DNA of 64,000 nt from Gemmatimonadales bacterium UBA7889. Lineage in GTDB: Bacteria; Gemmatimonadota; Gemmatimonadetes; Longimicrobiales; Gaopeijiaceae. The notes below the pieces were generated by a model. It was not told the DNA's origin. It did no database searches and worked only from the letters and a program-made list of their open reading frames with translations. A program made the translations under genes and the position numbers. Shown here in pieces: positions 51,606 through 60,855 of this stretch; position 1 is the first letter of the stretch, and every line of letters starts with the position of its first letter. Location of the stretch: assembly GCA_002501085.1 (NCBI GenBank), contig DLRL01000019.1, forward strand, positions 31,885 to 95,884, given 5' to 3'.

Positions 51606-52996
51606 GCGGTTAAGGCTCTTACGACGTCATAACGTGTGACGATACCCACAAGCTGTCCGTTCGTACTTACCAGACAGGCCGCATTACCCCGCGTAAGAAG
51701 AGCCCTTACCTCCTCAGAGTCGACATGATCAGCGATCACTGGGAATGGGGGGGCCATCACACTATCGACAGGCTTGTCGAGCAGCGCGGTATCCACCAGT
51801 ACTTGGCTCATCAGACTTGTTTCTGTAACCGACCCTACACAAGAGCCATCGGAGACAACCGGCAGCTGGCCGATGTCATGCGCAGTAATCGTTGACAAAG
51901 CAATCCGTATTGATGTTCCTGGTTCTACTGTGATTAGCTCAGGCGCATCAGAAATTTTCTTGTCGATAAGGTCACGAGCTGTTGTATGCCTGGATCTCTC
52001 AAGGAAGCCATTCTCACGCATCCATTCGTCATCATAGACCTTACTCAGGTAGCGTTCACCCCAGTCACAAACTAGTGACACCACAAAAGCATTTGGATCA
52101 TCAATTTGCTTAGCTAACTCAATGGCTCCATGAACCATGAGGCCCGCTGATCCACCCGCAAACAGCCCCTCCTCGCGTGTCATTCGCCTTGCCATCGCGA
52201 ACGCTGTCTGGTCCGAGAGAACTCTGTAATCGTCAACGACATCAAGATCCAGTGTTCCAGGAATCTTGTCATTACCAATGCCTTCAACTTTGTAAGGAGT
52301 GCCCTCTCCTACTTCTCCGGTATTGAAGAACGGAGCCGTTATAGAGCCTTCAGGATCAATACCGACTATTCGGATAGCCGGGTTCTTTTCCTTTAAGTAG
52401 CGCCCAACACCTGTGATGGTGCCCCCTGTCCCAGCAGAAGCCACGAAATGGGTAACTTGCCCCCCACTCTGTTCCCAAATCTCCCGCCCTGTTGTCTCAT
52501 AATGGATCTGTGGATTTGCCTCGTTGTAAAACTGATCTGCCATCACAGCACCCGGTGTCACAGCTGTGATAGCACGCGCTTTCTGGAGATAGTGATCAGG
52601 ATGATCAGGAGGCACTGCTGTAGGCGTGATGACTACCTCCGCTCCAAAGGCACGCAAGAGTTTGACCTTTTCGCTGCTCATCTTATCTGGCATCGTACAA
52701 ATGCAACGATATCCCTTGAGCGAAGCCGCCATCGCTAGAGCGAGCCCAGTGTTACCTCCAGTAGCTTCGACGACCGTCCCACCCGCCTTGAGAGTCCCCT
52801 CCCTCTCAGCTGCCTCAATCATTCCAATACCAATACGGTCTTTGATCGAGCCCCCTGGACCCATGAACTCCAGTTTCACATAGACTGGCGTGCGAGCACC
52901 ATCAACAACTGAGCTTAACCGTAGCATAGGTGTCCATCCGATCAGATCTAGTACGCTGTCGTATGGCTCCCTATGGCGTTCAGACATTGGAGACAA
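51602..52996 (-). CDS. Cystathionine beta-synthase-type PLP enzyme (CysK/CBS fold plus a C-terminal CBS-domain pair)
   Basis: GSIKDR lysine motif, TGGNTG, and a C-terminal tandem of CBS domains. Overlaps ddl by 4 nt. Confidence 0.85.
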   Translation of the reverse strand: MSPMSERHREPYDSVLDLIGWTPMLRLSSVVDGARTPVYVKLEFMGPGGSIKDRIGIGMIEAAEREGTLKAGGTVVEATGGNTGLALAMAASLKGYRCICTMPDKMSSEKVKLLRAFGAEVVITPTAVPPDHPDHYLQKARAITAVTPGAVMADQFYNEANPQIHYETTGREIWEQSGGQVTHFVASAGTGGTITGVGRYLKEKNPAIRIVGIDPEGSITAPFFNTGEVGEGTPYKVEGIGNDKIPGTLDLDVVDDYRVLSDQTAFAMARRMTREEGLFAGGSAGLMVHGAIELAKQIDDPNAFVVSLVCDWGERYLSKVYDDEWMRENGFLERSRHTTARDLIDKKISDAPELITVEPGTSIRIALSTITAHDIGQLPVVSDGSCVGSVTETSLMSQVLVDTALLDKPVDSVMAPPFPVIADHVDSEEVRALLTRGNAACLVSTNGQLVGIVTRYDVVRALTA

Positions 52997-53030
52997 GGTT
53001 TTCGTAACCCCTATAAAGTTGGATATGACA

Positions 53031-53426
53031 CTAATTTTTGTTATCAGGTGAGGGACGCTTAGAGAACTGAACAGGCAACGTCACCCATACCTCAATACTC
53101 TCCCCATCTTGGGTAGCCGGATTAAACCGTAGGTCTATTGCTCCAGCAACCGCTGCAGAATCAAAAGCGGAGTAACCAGAGGATCTGAAGATTTCCACAG
53201 AGTCGACGGAACCTCCTTCAGTAACTAGCACCCTTAGCAACGCTTCACCCTCTATAGCTTGATCCCAAAGGCTTAGCGGGTAATCGATTGTCATCTCATC
53301 TAGTAGTGGTATCGGTTGTTCAATTTCGCGTTCTCCACCGCACGAGAACGCTGCAACAAGCATTCCAAGAACTACTAAGCCCCTCAACATTCTCCTTTGT
53401 AAACAGAAGTTTTCGGTGGATTTCAT
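53031..53426 (-). CDS. Small TonB C-terminal-domain protein, probable lipoprotein
   Basis: 131 aa with leader ...LVAAFSCGG. YPLSLWDQAIEGEALLRVLVTEGGSVDSVEI..SSGYSAFDSAA matches the TonB_C pattern. There is no Pro-rich spacer. Confidence 0.6.
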   Translation of the reverse strand: MKSTENFCLQRRMLRGLVVLGMLVAAFSCGGEREIEQPIPLLDEMTIDYPLSLWDQAIEGEALLRVLVTEGGSVDSVEIFRSSGYSAFDSAAVAGAIDLRFNPATQDGESIEVWVTLPVQFSKRPSPDNKN

Positions 53427-56077
53427 TCGGCGTTCTCGTCTCCGTGTGCAGCTGCCCTCAATTGATACAGGAGTTCTAGGGCGTCCCGGGGAGTCAAATC
53501 ATCTGGAGCGATCTCGCGCAAGCGAATCAAGGCAGGGTGATCTGCCCGAAACATCGATAGCTGGCCCGGCCTAGTTTCTGATCCTGGACGATGAATACCA
53601 TGCCTCCCGAGGCCTTCTCCTCCACCCGTGTGTGTTCCCTCCAATTCCACAAGGAGTTCCTGCGCACGTGCTACGACCGTGTCAGGCAAGCCAGCAAGAC
53701 GGGCAACCTGAATCCCATATGAACGATCTGCACCACCCTCCAGTAGTCGGCGCAGAAAAACAATATCCGATCCAACTTCTCGAACCAAGACATTCATATT
53801 CTTCACACCGGGAAGCAGATCACCTAGTTGGGTCAACTCATGGTAGTGCGTGGCAAAAATGGTTTTTGAGCCTAGTTCCTCGTGCAGATATTCAGTGACG
53901 GACCACGCAATCGACACGCCATCATAAGTGGAAGTCCCCCGGCCAATTTCATCGAGCAAGACCAGGCTCATTTCAGTGGCTCCATGGACGATCGCTGCGG
54001 TCTCGCTCATTTCTACCATGAACGTCGACTGACCCCGTGCCAGATTATCGGAGGCGCCAACACGAGTGAATATCCGATCCGCTACCGGTATTTTGGCCTG
54101 GTCTGCAGGTACAAAAGATCCAATTTGAGCTAAAAGTTGAATTAATCCGACTTGCCTGAGCACGGTGCTTTTGCCCGCCATGTTTGGTCCTGTTAACACC
54201 ACGATCCATCCATTCTCGTCAAGACAAATGTCGTTCGGAATGAACTTCTCACGGGGCATCATTGTCTCTACGACAGGATGTCGACTAGCTACAAGTTCAA
54301 GCTCAAAACCCGAGTGGATCTCAGGCCGCACATAATTGTGATCGGCTGCGATTTCTGCGAAACTCGCCAGCACGTCTAGCGTTGCGATTCTCGCAGCAGT
54401 GTTTTGTAGCCGCCCGATCTCCATCGCGACACGCCCTCGGATATCACTAAAAAGCTCAGTCTCCAAATGTGAAATTTGGTCCTCTGCCCCGAAAACTTTC
54501 TCTTCCCATTCTTTGAGCTCAGGAGTGAAGTAACGTTCAGCGTTCGCGAGTGTCTGCTTCCTGACATAGTCAACAGGCACCTTGTCTAGGTTTGCTTGAG
54601 TAACTTCGAGGTAGTAACCAAAGACTCTGTTGAAGCCAACCTTCAGAGATGCGACACCGGTTCTTTCACGCTCACGAACCTGGAGACTTGCTATGAAGTC
54701 CCGTGCCCCGTCTCTGACTGCACGAAGCTCGTCCAGATCCTCCGACCATCCCTTCTTGACGACCCCCCCCTCCTGGAGGGTAGCCGGCGGGTCATCTGAA
54801 ATCGCGCTTTTCAACAGCGCGGATACTTCCGCCAAGCAGTCCTTGTCGACCGCACACTCACGAATTAGGGGATCTTTTGCCTCAATACCTGCAGCCTGGA
54901 TCTCAGGGAGCTGCTCAAGAGATCTCCTTAGCCCTGCCAGATCCCGTGGTGTGACCCGTCCCGTACCGACCTTGCCCGCTAGCCGCTCAAGATCTGTAAT
55001 GCCAGAAAGGGATCCCCGAATCCGCTTTCTGACGTCAGGGCACTCCACGAACTCCTCCACCGCGCGATGTCTAACACAGATATCCTCCATGTGAATAAGC
55101 GGCTCTAGCACCCAACGACGGAGAAGCCGTCCACCCATGGGTGTCGTAGTGACATCGAGGACATCGAGTAACGCACCCCCATTTTCTCCAGTGCGCAGAG
55201 GCTCAATCAACTCGAGATTTTTTCGAGTCATCTCATCGAGAAGCATGATCTGGCCAGGGCGGCGGATCCGAGGCGGTTTCAGGTGTAACACACCCGCAGG
55301 GCGAATCTCTTTTAAGTACTGAACTAGCGCCCCAGAAACCCGCACGAGCGATTGATCTTCAGATTGAAATCCAAAGCCATCAAGTGAATGGACTTCGAAA
55401 AAACTCAGGAGGGCGTCCGTTGAGAGATCTGCGTCGAACATCCAGTCCGCACGCATAGTTCGAGGAATGGATGGCCCAGCCGCCCAGGTCAACTGGTCCG
55501 AAGTTTCAAGCGAGTAAGGCAAGAGTAGTTCTGAAGGCTCCAGCCGACCAAGTTCGGCACGAAGTTCATTGGCGGGAACTAGCTGTGTAGACATTTCACC
55601 CGTTGATACGTCCAAGACAGCCATACCGAAGGAGTCCGGCTCCGCATCAACGAGAGCCACCAAGAAATTATTCCGTTGCTTCATTAGCAGTGAATCAGCA
55701 AGCACGGTCCCAGGTGTAATCATCTCTGTGACTTCCCGCCGGACAATCCCCTTCGCTTCCGCAGGGTCTTCAACTTGGTCGCATATCGCAACGCGTCGAC
55801 CCAACCTCACAAGCTTTGATAGATATTCGTCAAGCGCCTTGGCAGGGACCCCCGCCAAGGGCACTCCAGCGGCAGCCCCGTTATTCCGTGATGTGAGGGT
55901 TAGGCCGAGTAGCCTTGCGCCCTCTTCAGCATCTTCATGGAACAATTCATAAAAATCACCGACGCGGAAAAATAGCAGCGAGTCGGCATGATCCGCCTTC
56001 GCTTCTCGCCACTGCTGCATCAGGGGTGTGTCCGCCGGAGCCATACGTGAAAATAGACTCGAGGAGCCCATGCTCAA
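53423..56077 (-). CDS. mutS: DNA mismatch repair protein MutS
   Basis: TPLMQQWREAK, FFRVGDFYELF, Walker A GPNMAGKST, DEIGRGTST. Confidence 0.95.
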   Translation of the reverse strand: MSMGSSSLFSRMAPADTPLMQQWREAKADHADSLLFFRVGDFYELFHEDAEEGARLLGLTLTSRNNGAAAGVPLAGVPAKALDEYLSKLVRLGRRVAICDQVEDPAEAKGIVRREVTEMITPGTVLADSLLMKQRNNFLVALVDAEPDSFGMAVLDVSTGEMSTQLVPANELRAELGRLEPSELLLPYSLETSDQLTWAAGPSIPRTMRADWMFDADLSTDALLSFFEVHSLDGFGFQSEDQSLVRVSGALVQYLKEIRPAGVLHLKPPRIRRPGQIMLLDEMTRKNLELIEPLRTGENGGALLDVLDVTTTPMGGRLLRRWVLEPLIHMEDICVRHRAVEEFVECPDVRKRIRGSLSGITDLERLAGKVGTGRVTPRDLAGLRRSLEQLPEIQAAGIEAKDPLIRECAVDKDCLAEVSALLKSAISDDPPATLQEGGVVKKGWSEDLDELRAVRDGARDFIASLQVRERERTGVASLKVGFNRVFGYYLEVTQANLDKVPVDYVRKQTLANAERYFTPELKEWEEKVFGAEDQISHLETELFSDIRGRVAMEIGRLQNTAARIATLDVLASFAEIAADHNYVRPEIHSGFELELVASRHPVVETMMPREKFIPNDICLDENGWIVVLTGPNMAGKSTVLRQVGLIQLLAQIGSFVPADQAKIPVADRIFTRVGASDNLARGQSTFMVEMSETAAIVHGATEMSLVLLDEIGRGTSTYDGVSIAWSVTEYLHEELGSKTIFATHYHELTQLGDLLPGVKNMNVLVREVGSDIVFLRRLLEGGADRSYGIQVARLAGLPDTVVARAQELLVELEGTHTGGGEGLGRHGIHRPGSETRPGQLSMFRADHPALIRLREIAPDDLTPRDALELLYQLRAAAHGDENAE

Positions 56078-56111
56078 GGATGAACGTCAGTAATCGAAGA
56101 TTTTAGTGTGC

Positions 56112-56897
56112 CTAGTCATTACTAGGAACTCTCAAACTACTGCGGACTAACTCCTCATCTTGTGCATCTGATACAACAGCCGCCGTGAATCCAAGCCCGG
56201 TCACTCGTCTCGAGAATTCCGTCGCTTCTATCGAGGTCTCAAAGTGACCTACACGCACATGGACCAAGTTGCTTTCTGGCATCCGTACCAACCTAACATT
56301 CAGATCAGCTGCACGAGCAAGATCGAAGAGCGCGGCGGCACGTCCCTCATTTGAGAATGCCCCCAACTGAACTGAATACGGTGCTGTCGCGGCATCATCT
56401 TGATCCTCAACAGGCAGCTCAGAAATTGCAGATCGCGTAGCCAGAGGAGGGGTTGCTCCACTGACCCATGCCTCGGCTTCAGCCAATACCGACGAGCCAG
56501 GGTAGTCCCGAGAGAGGGATGCCATATGCCGTTCAAAATCTGCGGTATGACCTCTTTCGTAAGCTTCCTGGGCAAGCCTGTAAAGCGCCCGGGCAGTAAA
56601 AGGCCCGGCCGGGTATTCTACGACCAAACGCTGGAAGTCCCTTACAGCCTGTGATGGGTCAACCGTAAGGCGGCCACGTAGCCAAAGGGCGTACTGGCGT
56701 TCTTCTCTCGATGCGAGAACCCGAGATTTTTCCCACCAACTTAATAAAGCAGTCCGGGCCTCATCAGAACGACCATTTTGTGCAAGTTGTTCAATCTCTT
56801 GGAGCCGAATAGCATCCGTCTGAGCCCCTCCGGGGAGAGGAACCAGGGATGACATAGCAAGAATCAACAGCCCGATTCCACCTAGACGGCCTATCAT
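56112..56897 (-). CDS. TPR-like / SPOR-domain envelope protein
   Basis: Signal or anchor helix, helical repeat region and a C-terminal SPOR domain (YSVQLGAFSNEGRAAALF...VHVRVGHF). The ATG at 56897 abuts the holA stop; the ORF-track start at 56933 overlaps holA. Confidence 0.65.
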   Translation of the reverse strand: MIGRLGGIGLLILAMSSLVPLPGGAQTDAIRLQEIEQLAQNGRSDEARTALLSWWEKSRVLASREERQYALWLRGRLTVDPSQAVRDFQRLVVEYPAGPFTARALYRLAQEAYERGHTADFERHMASLSRDYPGSSVLAEAEAWVSGATPPLATRSAISELPVEDQDDAATAPYSVQLGAFSNEGRAAALFDLARAADLNVRLVRMPESNLVHVRVGHFETSIEATEFSRRVTGLGFTAAVVSDAQDEELVRSSLRVPSND

Positions 56898-57895
56898 GCG
56901 GCAAGGGCCCGTGACATCAGACCCAATAGCCATTCTTCGACAAAGTGTTGATCACTTTGCGGAGATGCCTTCAAGAGACGGTCAGCCCGGAGTAATCCCT
57001 CAATAGCAGGGTCGAGCTCACCTGGTGGCCATTTCTTGGATTGGGCCATCAGCCGCTTTGCCAACCACTTTTGATGAGGTGGAAGCGCCGCCTCTAGACT
57101 ACGGAAACCTTTGGTCGATGCGACCCCTAACCGCAACAGATGGTTTGCTAAGCCTATCACGAGCCCGACCCCTGATTCACCTTGCCCAATCAGAATATCG
57201 AGACCCGTTAGTGCTTCCTGAAATCGGCGTTCACCCACGAGGTCAAACCAACGCCAACGATCCTGAGACGGGAGTTTCGTTCCAACAGCTTCAACATCAG
57301 CGATCGTTATAAGTGAGCGATCTCCCAAGAAGTCAGCGAGTTTCTCTAGTTCGCGGTCTAGTACCCCTAGATTAGTTCCGATCGCTGATGAGAGTGCCTG
57401 CGCCGCCTCTACCTCGATTTCCACCGAATAAGCTTCCGGGGCTCTATTGATTAACCAGCCCGGAAGATCGGCACTCGTAAACGCCTTGAATTCTACCGAA
57501 TGGGATAGGCTTGAAAGGTCTCGGTAGAACTTAGCTCTGGAACCCCGTGGCACCTTGCAACTCAGGATTAACGCAAGACCAGGTGGCGGATTTCTAACAA
57601 CCTCCAGCATGGTGTCACGAGCCTTTTTACCTGAAGAGAATCCTTCCACTTCTCGTACCACAACTACACGCCATTCAGCCATCATCGGAGGAGTGGCCAT
57701 GATTGAGGCCACAGTTTCTACCTCAGTTTCCGTACCCCTTAGTTGATCGAGATTAAAGTCTTGGGTCGCGGGATCGAGGTGCGCATCAATCAAGGCAGTA
57801 ACTACCTGTTCCTTACGGAAAGCGTCTTCACCGTGCAGATAGAAGACACCACCTCGAACCTTGGCAAGCACGGGAGGGAGTTGAGGTATTGTCAC
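56894..57895 (-). CDS. holA: DNA polymerase III subunit delta
   Basis: N-terminal VFYLHGEDAFRKEQ... pattern, a length of 333 aa and the helical C-terminal domain typical of HolA. Confidence 0.8.
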   Translation of the reverse strand: MTIPQLPPVLAKVRGGVFYLHGEDAFRKEQVVTALIDAHLDPATQDFNLDQLRGTETEVETVASIMATPPMMAEWRVVVVREVEGFSSGKKARDTMLEVVRNPPPGLALILSCKVPRGSRAKFYRDLSSLSHSVEFKAFTSADLPGWLINRAPEAYSVEIEVEAAQALSSAIGTNLGVLDRELEKLADFLGDRSLITIADVEAVGTKLPSQDRWRWFDLVGERRFQEALTGLDILIGQGESGVGLVIGLANHLLRLGVASTKGFRSLEAALPPHQKWLAKRLMAQSKKWPPGELDPAIEGLLRADRLLKASPQSDQHFVEEWLLGLMSRALAA

Positions 57896-57963
57896 TCAAT
57901 CAAACTAAGCCGGCTTTCGTCCAGTGAAAGTGCTGCCTGAGACAATCCGCCGAAGCTAGCTCT

Positions 57964-58551
57964 CTAGCGTTGCTGCCCGAGTCCTGTGCGACGAAGCACA
58001 CCACGCTGTCGGGAACGTTGGGACAGGGGTGAGTACTCGAAGAGCAGTGCGTGAGCTTCATTCCACAATTCTTGCCGGAAATCCGAGAGTGCTTGTTCAC
58101 TAAGGTCGGCAAAAGGATACACAACAAATCCAGATGAAGACGAACTCATGACTAAGGGCTGCCGCGTGACCTGCAGGGGAGGTTGCTCCACGACAACCGT
58201 CTCGAGAGCTATCTCAGGAGTAGCATCCCTAAGTACAGGTAACCAAGAAACGATCATCAGGATGACTGCCATCGCTAGCAGAGCCGGCGACGTAGCAACA
58301 GCAGCTACACTGCGGAGGGAATACTGATCATCAACATGATAAAGTCGGTGCCTAAGCCTAGGTACAAAGTTCTCGCTCAGTTTCGGCTTCGGCAGGGTCC
58401 GTAAGAGCGCCGAACCTTGTTCGATCACGCGCCGGTGACGACTACACGCAGAGCACTTATTAAGGTGCTCCTCGAAGGCCCGTACGTCCTCCTCTGCCGT
58501 GTTTCCGTCTATAAGATCGGAAAAATTCTTGAAGTATTTGGAACAAGTCAT
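57964..58551 (-). CDS. Anti-sigma factor (zf-HC2 type, single TM)
   Basis: MTCSKYFKNFSDLIDG...EEHLNKCSACSRH zinc-finger motif and a central TM helix (LLAMAVILMIVSWL). It lies downstream of the ECF sigma gene. Confidence 0.7.
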   Translation of the reverse strand: MTCSKYFKNFSDLIDGNTAEEDVRAFEEHLNKCSACSRHRRVIEQGSALLRTLPKPKLSENFVPRLRHRLYHVDDQYSLRSVAAVATSPALLAMAVILMIVSWLPVLRDATPEIALETVVVEQPPLQVTRQPLVMSSSSSGFVVYPFADLSEQALSDFRQELWNEAHALLFEYSPLSQRSRQRGVLRRTGLGQQR

Positions 58552-58593
58552 TGAGACTGATACTGCACCCACCACATACGGGTTCCAACAGCT

Positions 58594-58625
58594 GCGGCCC
58601 CACCGGCTTGATCCCGTGGGGCCGC
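58594..58625 (-). other. Intercistronic GC hairpin between the sigma and anti-sigma genes
   Basis: GCGGCCCC-16 nt-GGGGCCGC, with no U tract. Confidence 0.4.
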
Positions 58626-58680
58626 GGTCCTCTCTACCTGCTCTCTTTTGGTAGAGAATTTATTTTCAGATCTCAGTCCT

Positions 58681-59334
58681 TTACTCAATCATGGGTGCGA
58701 TAATCTTCGCAAAATTATTGCGAGCGCGGTTCAGGCGGCTCTTTACTGTCCCAAGGTTACATCCAGTGATCTCCGCAATCTCTTCATAGGTCTTCCCCTC
58801 CAACTCTCGAAGTACAAACACCATTCTATGGTGCTTTGGTAACTCCTCAACAGCCTCCTCTACCCTCGCCCTCAGGTAGCGCTTCCTGTAGAGATCATCA
58901 GGTTTGTACTTCGGGTCTTCCCATTCTAGTGGTCTGTCCTCAGTACTCCAGTTCTTTTTGATCGTCTGGAAAAGTACCAATGGATTGCGCGACCTATTTC
59001 TGAGTTCGTTCTTGGCTAGGTTGCTCGAGATCGTGTAGATCCATGTTGAGAACTTCTTCGACTGATCAAACCTGTGTAGATGCCTATAGACTCGAACAAA
59101 AGTTTCCTGAATCAGATCTTCACTCCGCTCCCGATCTCCAATAGTCCGATAGACAAAATTGAGTAGCCTTTGGTCATAACGTCGGACCAATTCACTAAAT
59201 GCCCGATCATCACCGTCCAGTGAAGCTTGAACTACATCTGCGTCACTGAGTTCGCGAAGCTTGAGGTTTCGCTCGTGAGCTTTGTCCTCGTGAGCAATAG
59301 GCTGGACGCTCTCGTCTTTGCGGGTACCGGCCAC
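58681..59334 (-). CDS. ECF (sigma-24 / sigma-70 group 4) RNA polymerase sigma factor
   Basis: Region 2 (DLIQETFVRVYRHL, FSTWIYTISSNLAKN) and region 4 (LELEGKTYEEIAEITGCNLGTVKSRLNRAR). GAGGAG lies 7 nt before the GTG at 59334; the ORF-track start at 59349 is a TTG inside that SD. Confidence 0.88.
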   Translation of the reverse strand: MAGTRKDESVQPIAHEDKAHERNLKLRELSDADVVQASLDGDDRAFSELVRRYDQRLLNFVYRTIGDRERSEDLIQETFVRVYRHLHRFDQSKKFSTWIYTISSNLAKNELRNRSRNPLVLFQTIKKNWSTEDRPLEWEDPKYKPDDLYRKRYLRARVEEAVEELPKHHRMVFVLRELEGKTYEEIAEITGCNLGTVKSRLNRARNNFAKIIAPMIE

Positions 59335-59502
59335 GTCTAAACTCCTCAACTATAGAGAACACTCTTTGCTGGCATATCCATGTGCAGACACCATGCCACA
59401 AGGAAATGCCCTTTCTTCAATAGGTCTGTCGACCTTGCGTCCTCTCTGTGTGACGCCTGTAGACCCTCTATGTGACATCCTACCGCTTCATATCGGCTCT
59501 GA

Positions 59503-60855
59503 TCAAACAACTTCTAGTGGCCCAAGCCCGAGGGCGTCCACCGAACCTGAAATACTTTCTGCATCACCAACGATGACAACCTGGACTTCGTCAGGGCGAA
59601 TATGCGCCTTAACGGCTGATGTTACCTCCTCGGTTGATACTGAACGGATGTTGTCTCTGTATAGATGGTAGTAGTCGTCCGGAAGACCGTACACGAGGAT
59701 TTGATTGAGTCGAGAGGCAATCTGGCCAGCAGTCTCAAGATGCAAGCCGAATACTCCGGCAGCATAGTCACGAGCTGCATCCACTTCCTCTCGTGTCACA
59801 CCGTCAACCACAAGTGACTCTAGTTCGGAAAGGATTTCCCGAACGGCAGAGGCCGTTACCTCATTACCCACAGCAGTGGATACCTGGAAGGGCCCTGGTT
59901 GAGAGCGAAAACTGAACCGTGACCTAACTCCATAGGTGAAGCCATTTCTTTCTCTGAGGTTCAGATTAAGGCGGCTAGTAAAAGTTCCACCAAGAAGAAG
60001 ATTGCCGATCGAGAGTGGAAGATAATTTGGGGTTGTACGCGCAACGCCTACATGACCTAATCGGACCTCGGACTGCACTGAACCAGGCCGGTCAAGAATC
60101 CAAACACGGCGCTCCCGCGTTTGTGCATCAACACGGAAGTTGTCTACCGCGGATGGAGCACCGATCCAGGAACCGAAATATTCACTAGAAAGTGACTTTA
60201 TCTGCTCTGGGTCAACGTCACCAACAATGATCAACCCTCCAGACCCTGGACGATAGCAAGCTTCCGCATAACCCCTGATTTGATCACGTGTCACTGAGCT
60301 AATTGAGGATTCTGTCCCTACTTGTGGCCTAGCATATGGCAGACCCTCTGCGTAGAAGCGACGACTAACTTCATCCGATGCGAGAGCGGACGGGTCCATA
60401 GAACGCTGTCGTATCTCCGCGAGCTGTTGTTCACGTACGCGGTCAACTTCAACACTGGGAAAGTCCGGTTCCAGAGTGACTTCAGCTAGAAGAGCAAATG
60501 CTTCTGGAAGTCGATCCGCTAGAACTGATACTGAGATGCTGGTCCCTTCCCAGCCCGTCGATACCCCAAGTCTTGCACCTATTCCCTCCAGAGCTTCAGC
60601 AAGTGAAGAACCGTTGCGTTTCAGAGTGCCGCCCTCGAGAGCATCACCTGTAAGAACTGCAGTTCCTGCCCGCCCTTCAACCAGGCTCCCCTCCCCCGCC
60701 CGAAGAAACAGATTGACACTTACAATTGGTAACCGAGGGAGTACACAAATCTTGAGGTCAAGTCCATTCGATAGCGCCCCTGTCTGAACTTCTGGAAAAT
60801 CAAATTGCCGAATTTCTCCACTTGCAGGCGGCTGGGTGCGATCCAATAGACTCAA
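59503..60855 (-). CDS. M16-family peptidase subunit lacking the HxxEH motif (non-catalytic beta-like partner)
   Basis: Pitrilysin two-domain fold with no zinc motif. Overlaps its partner gene by 4 nt. Confidence 0.85.
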   Translation of the reverse strand: MSLLDRTQPPASGEIRQFDFPEVQTGALSNGLDLKICVLPRLPIVSVNLFLRAGEGSLVEGRAGTAVLTGDALEGGTLKRNGSSLAEALEGIGARLGVSTGWEGTSISVSVLADRLPEAFALLAEVTLEPDFPSVEVDRVREQQLAEIRQRSMDPSALASDEVSRRFYAEGLPYARPQVGTESSISSVTRDQIRGYAEACYRPGSGGLIIVGDVDPEQIKSLSSEYFGSWIGAPSAVDNFRVDAQTRERRVWILDRPGSVQSEVRLGHVGVARTTPNYLPLSIGNLLLGGTFTSRLNLNLRERNGFTYGVRSRFSFRSQPGPFQVSTAVGNEVTASAVREILSELESLVVDGVTREEVDAARDYAAGVFGLHLETAGQIASRLNQILVYGLPDDYYHLYRDNIRSVSTEEVTSAVKAHIRPDEVQVVIVGDAESISGSVDALGLGPLEVV

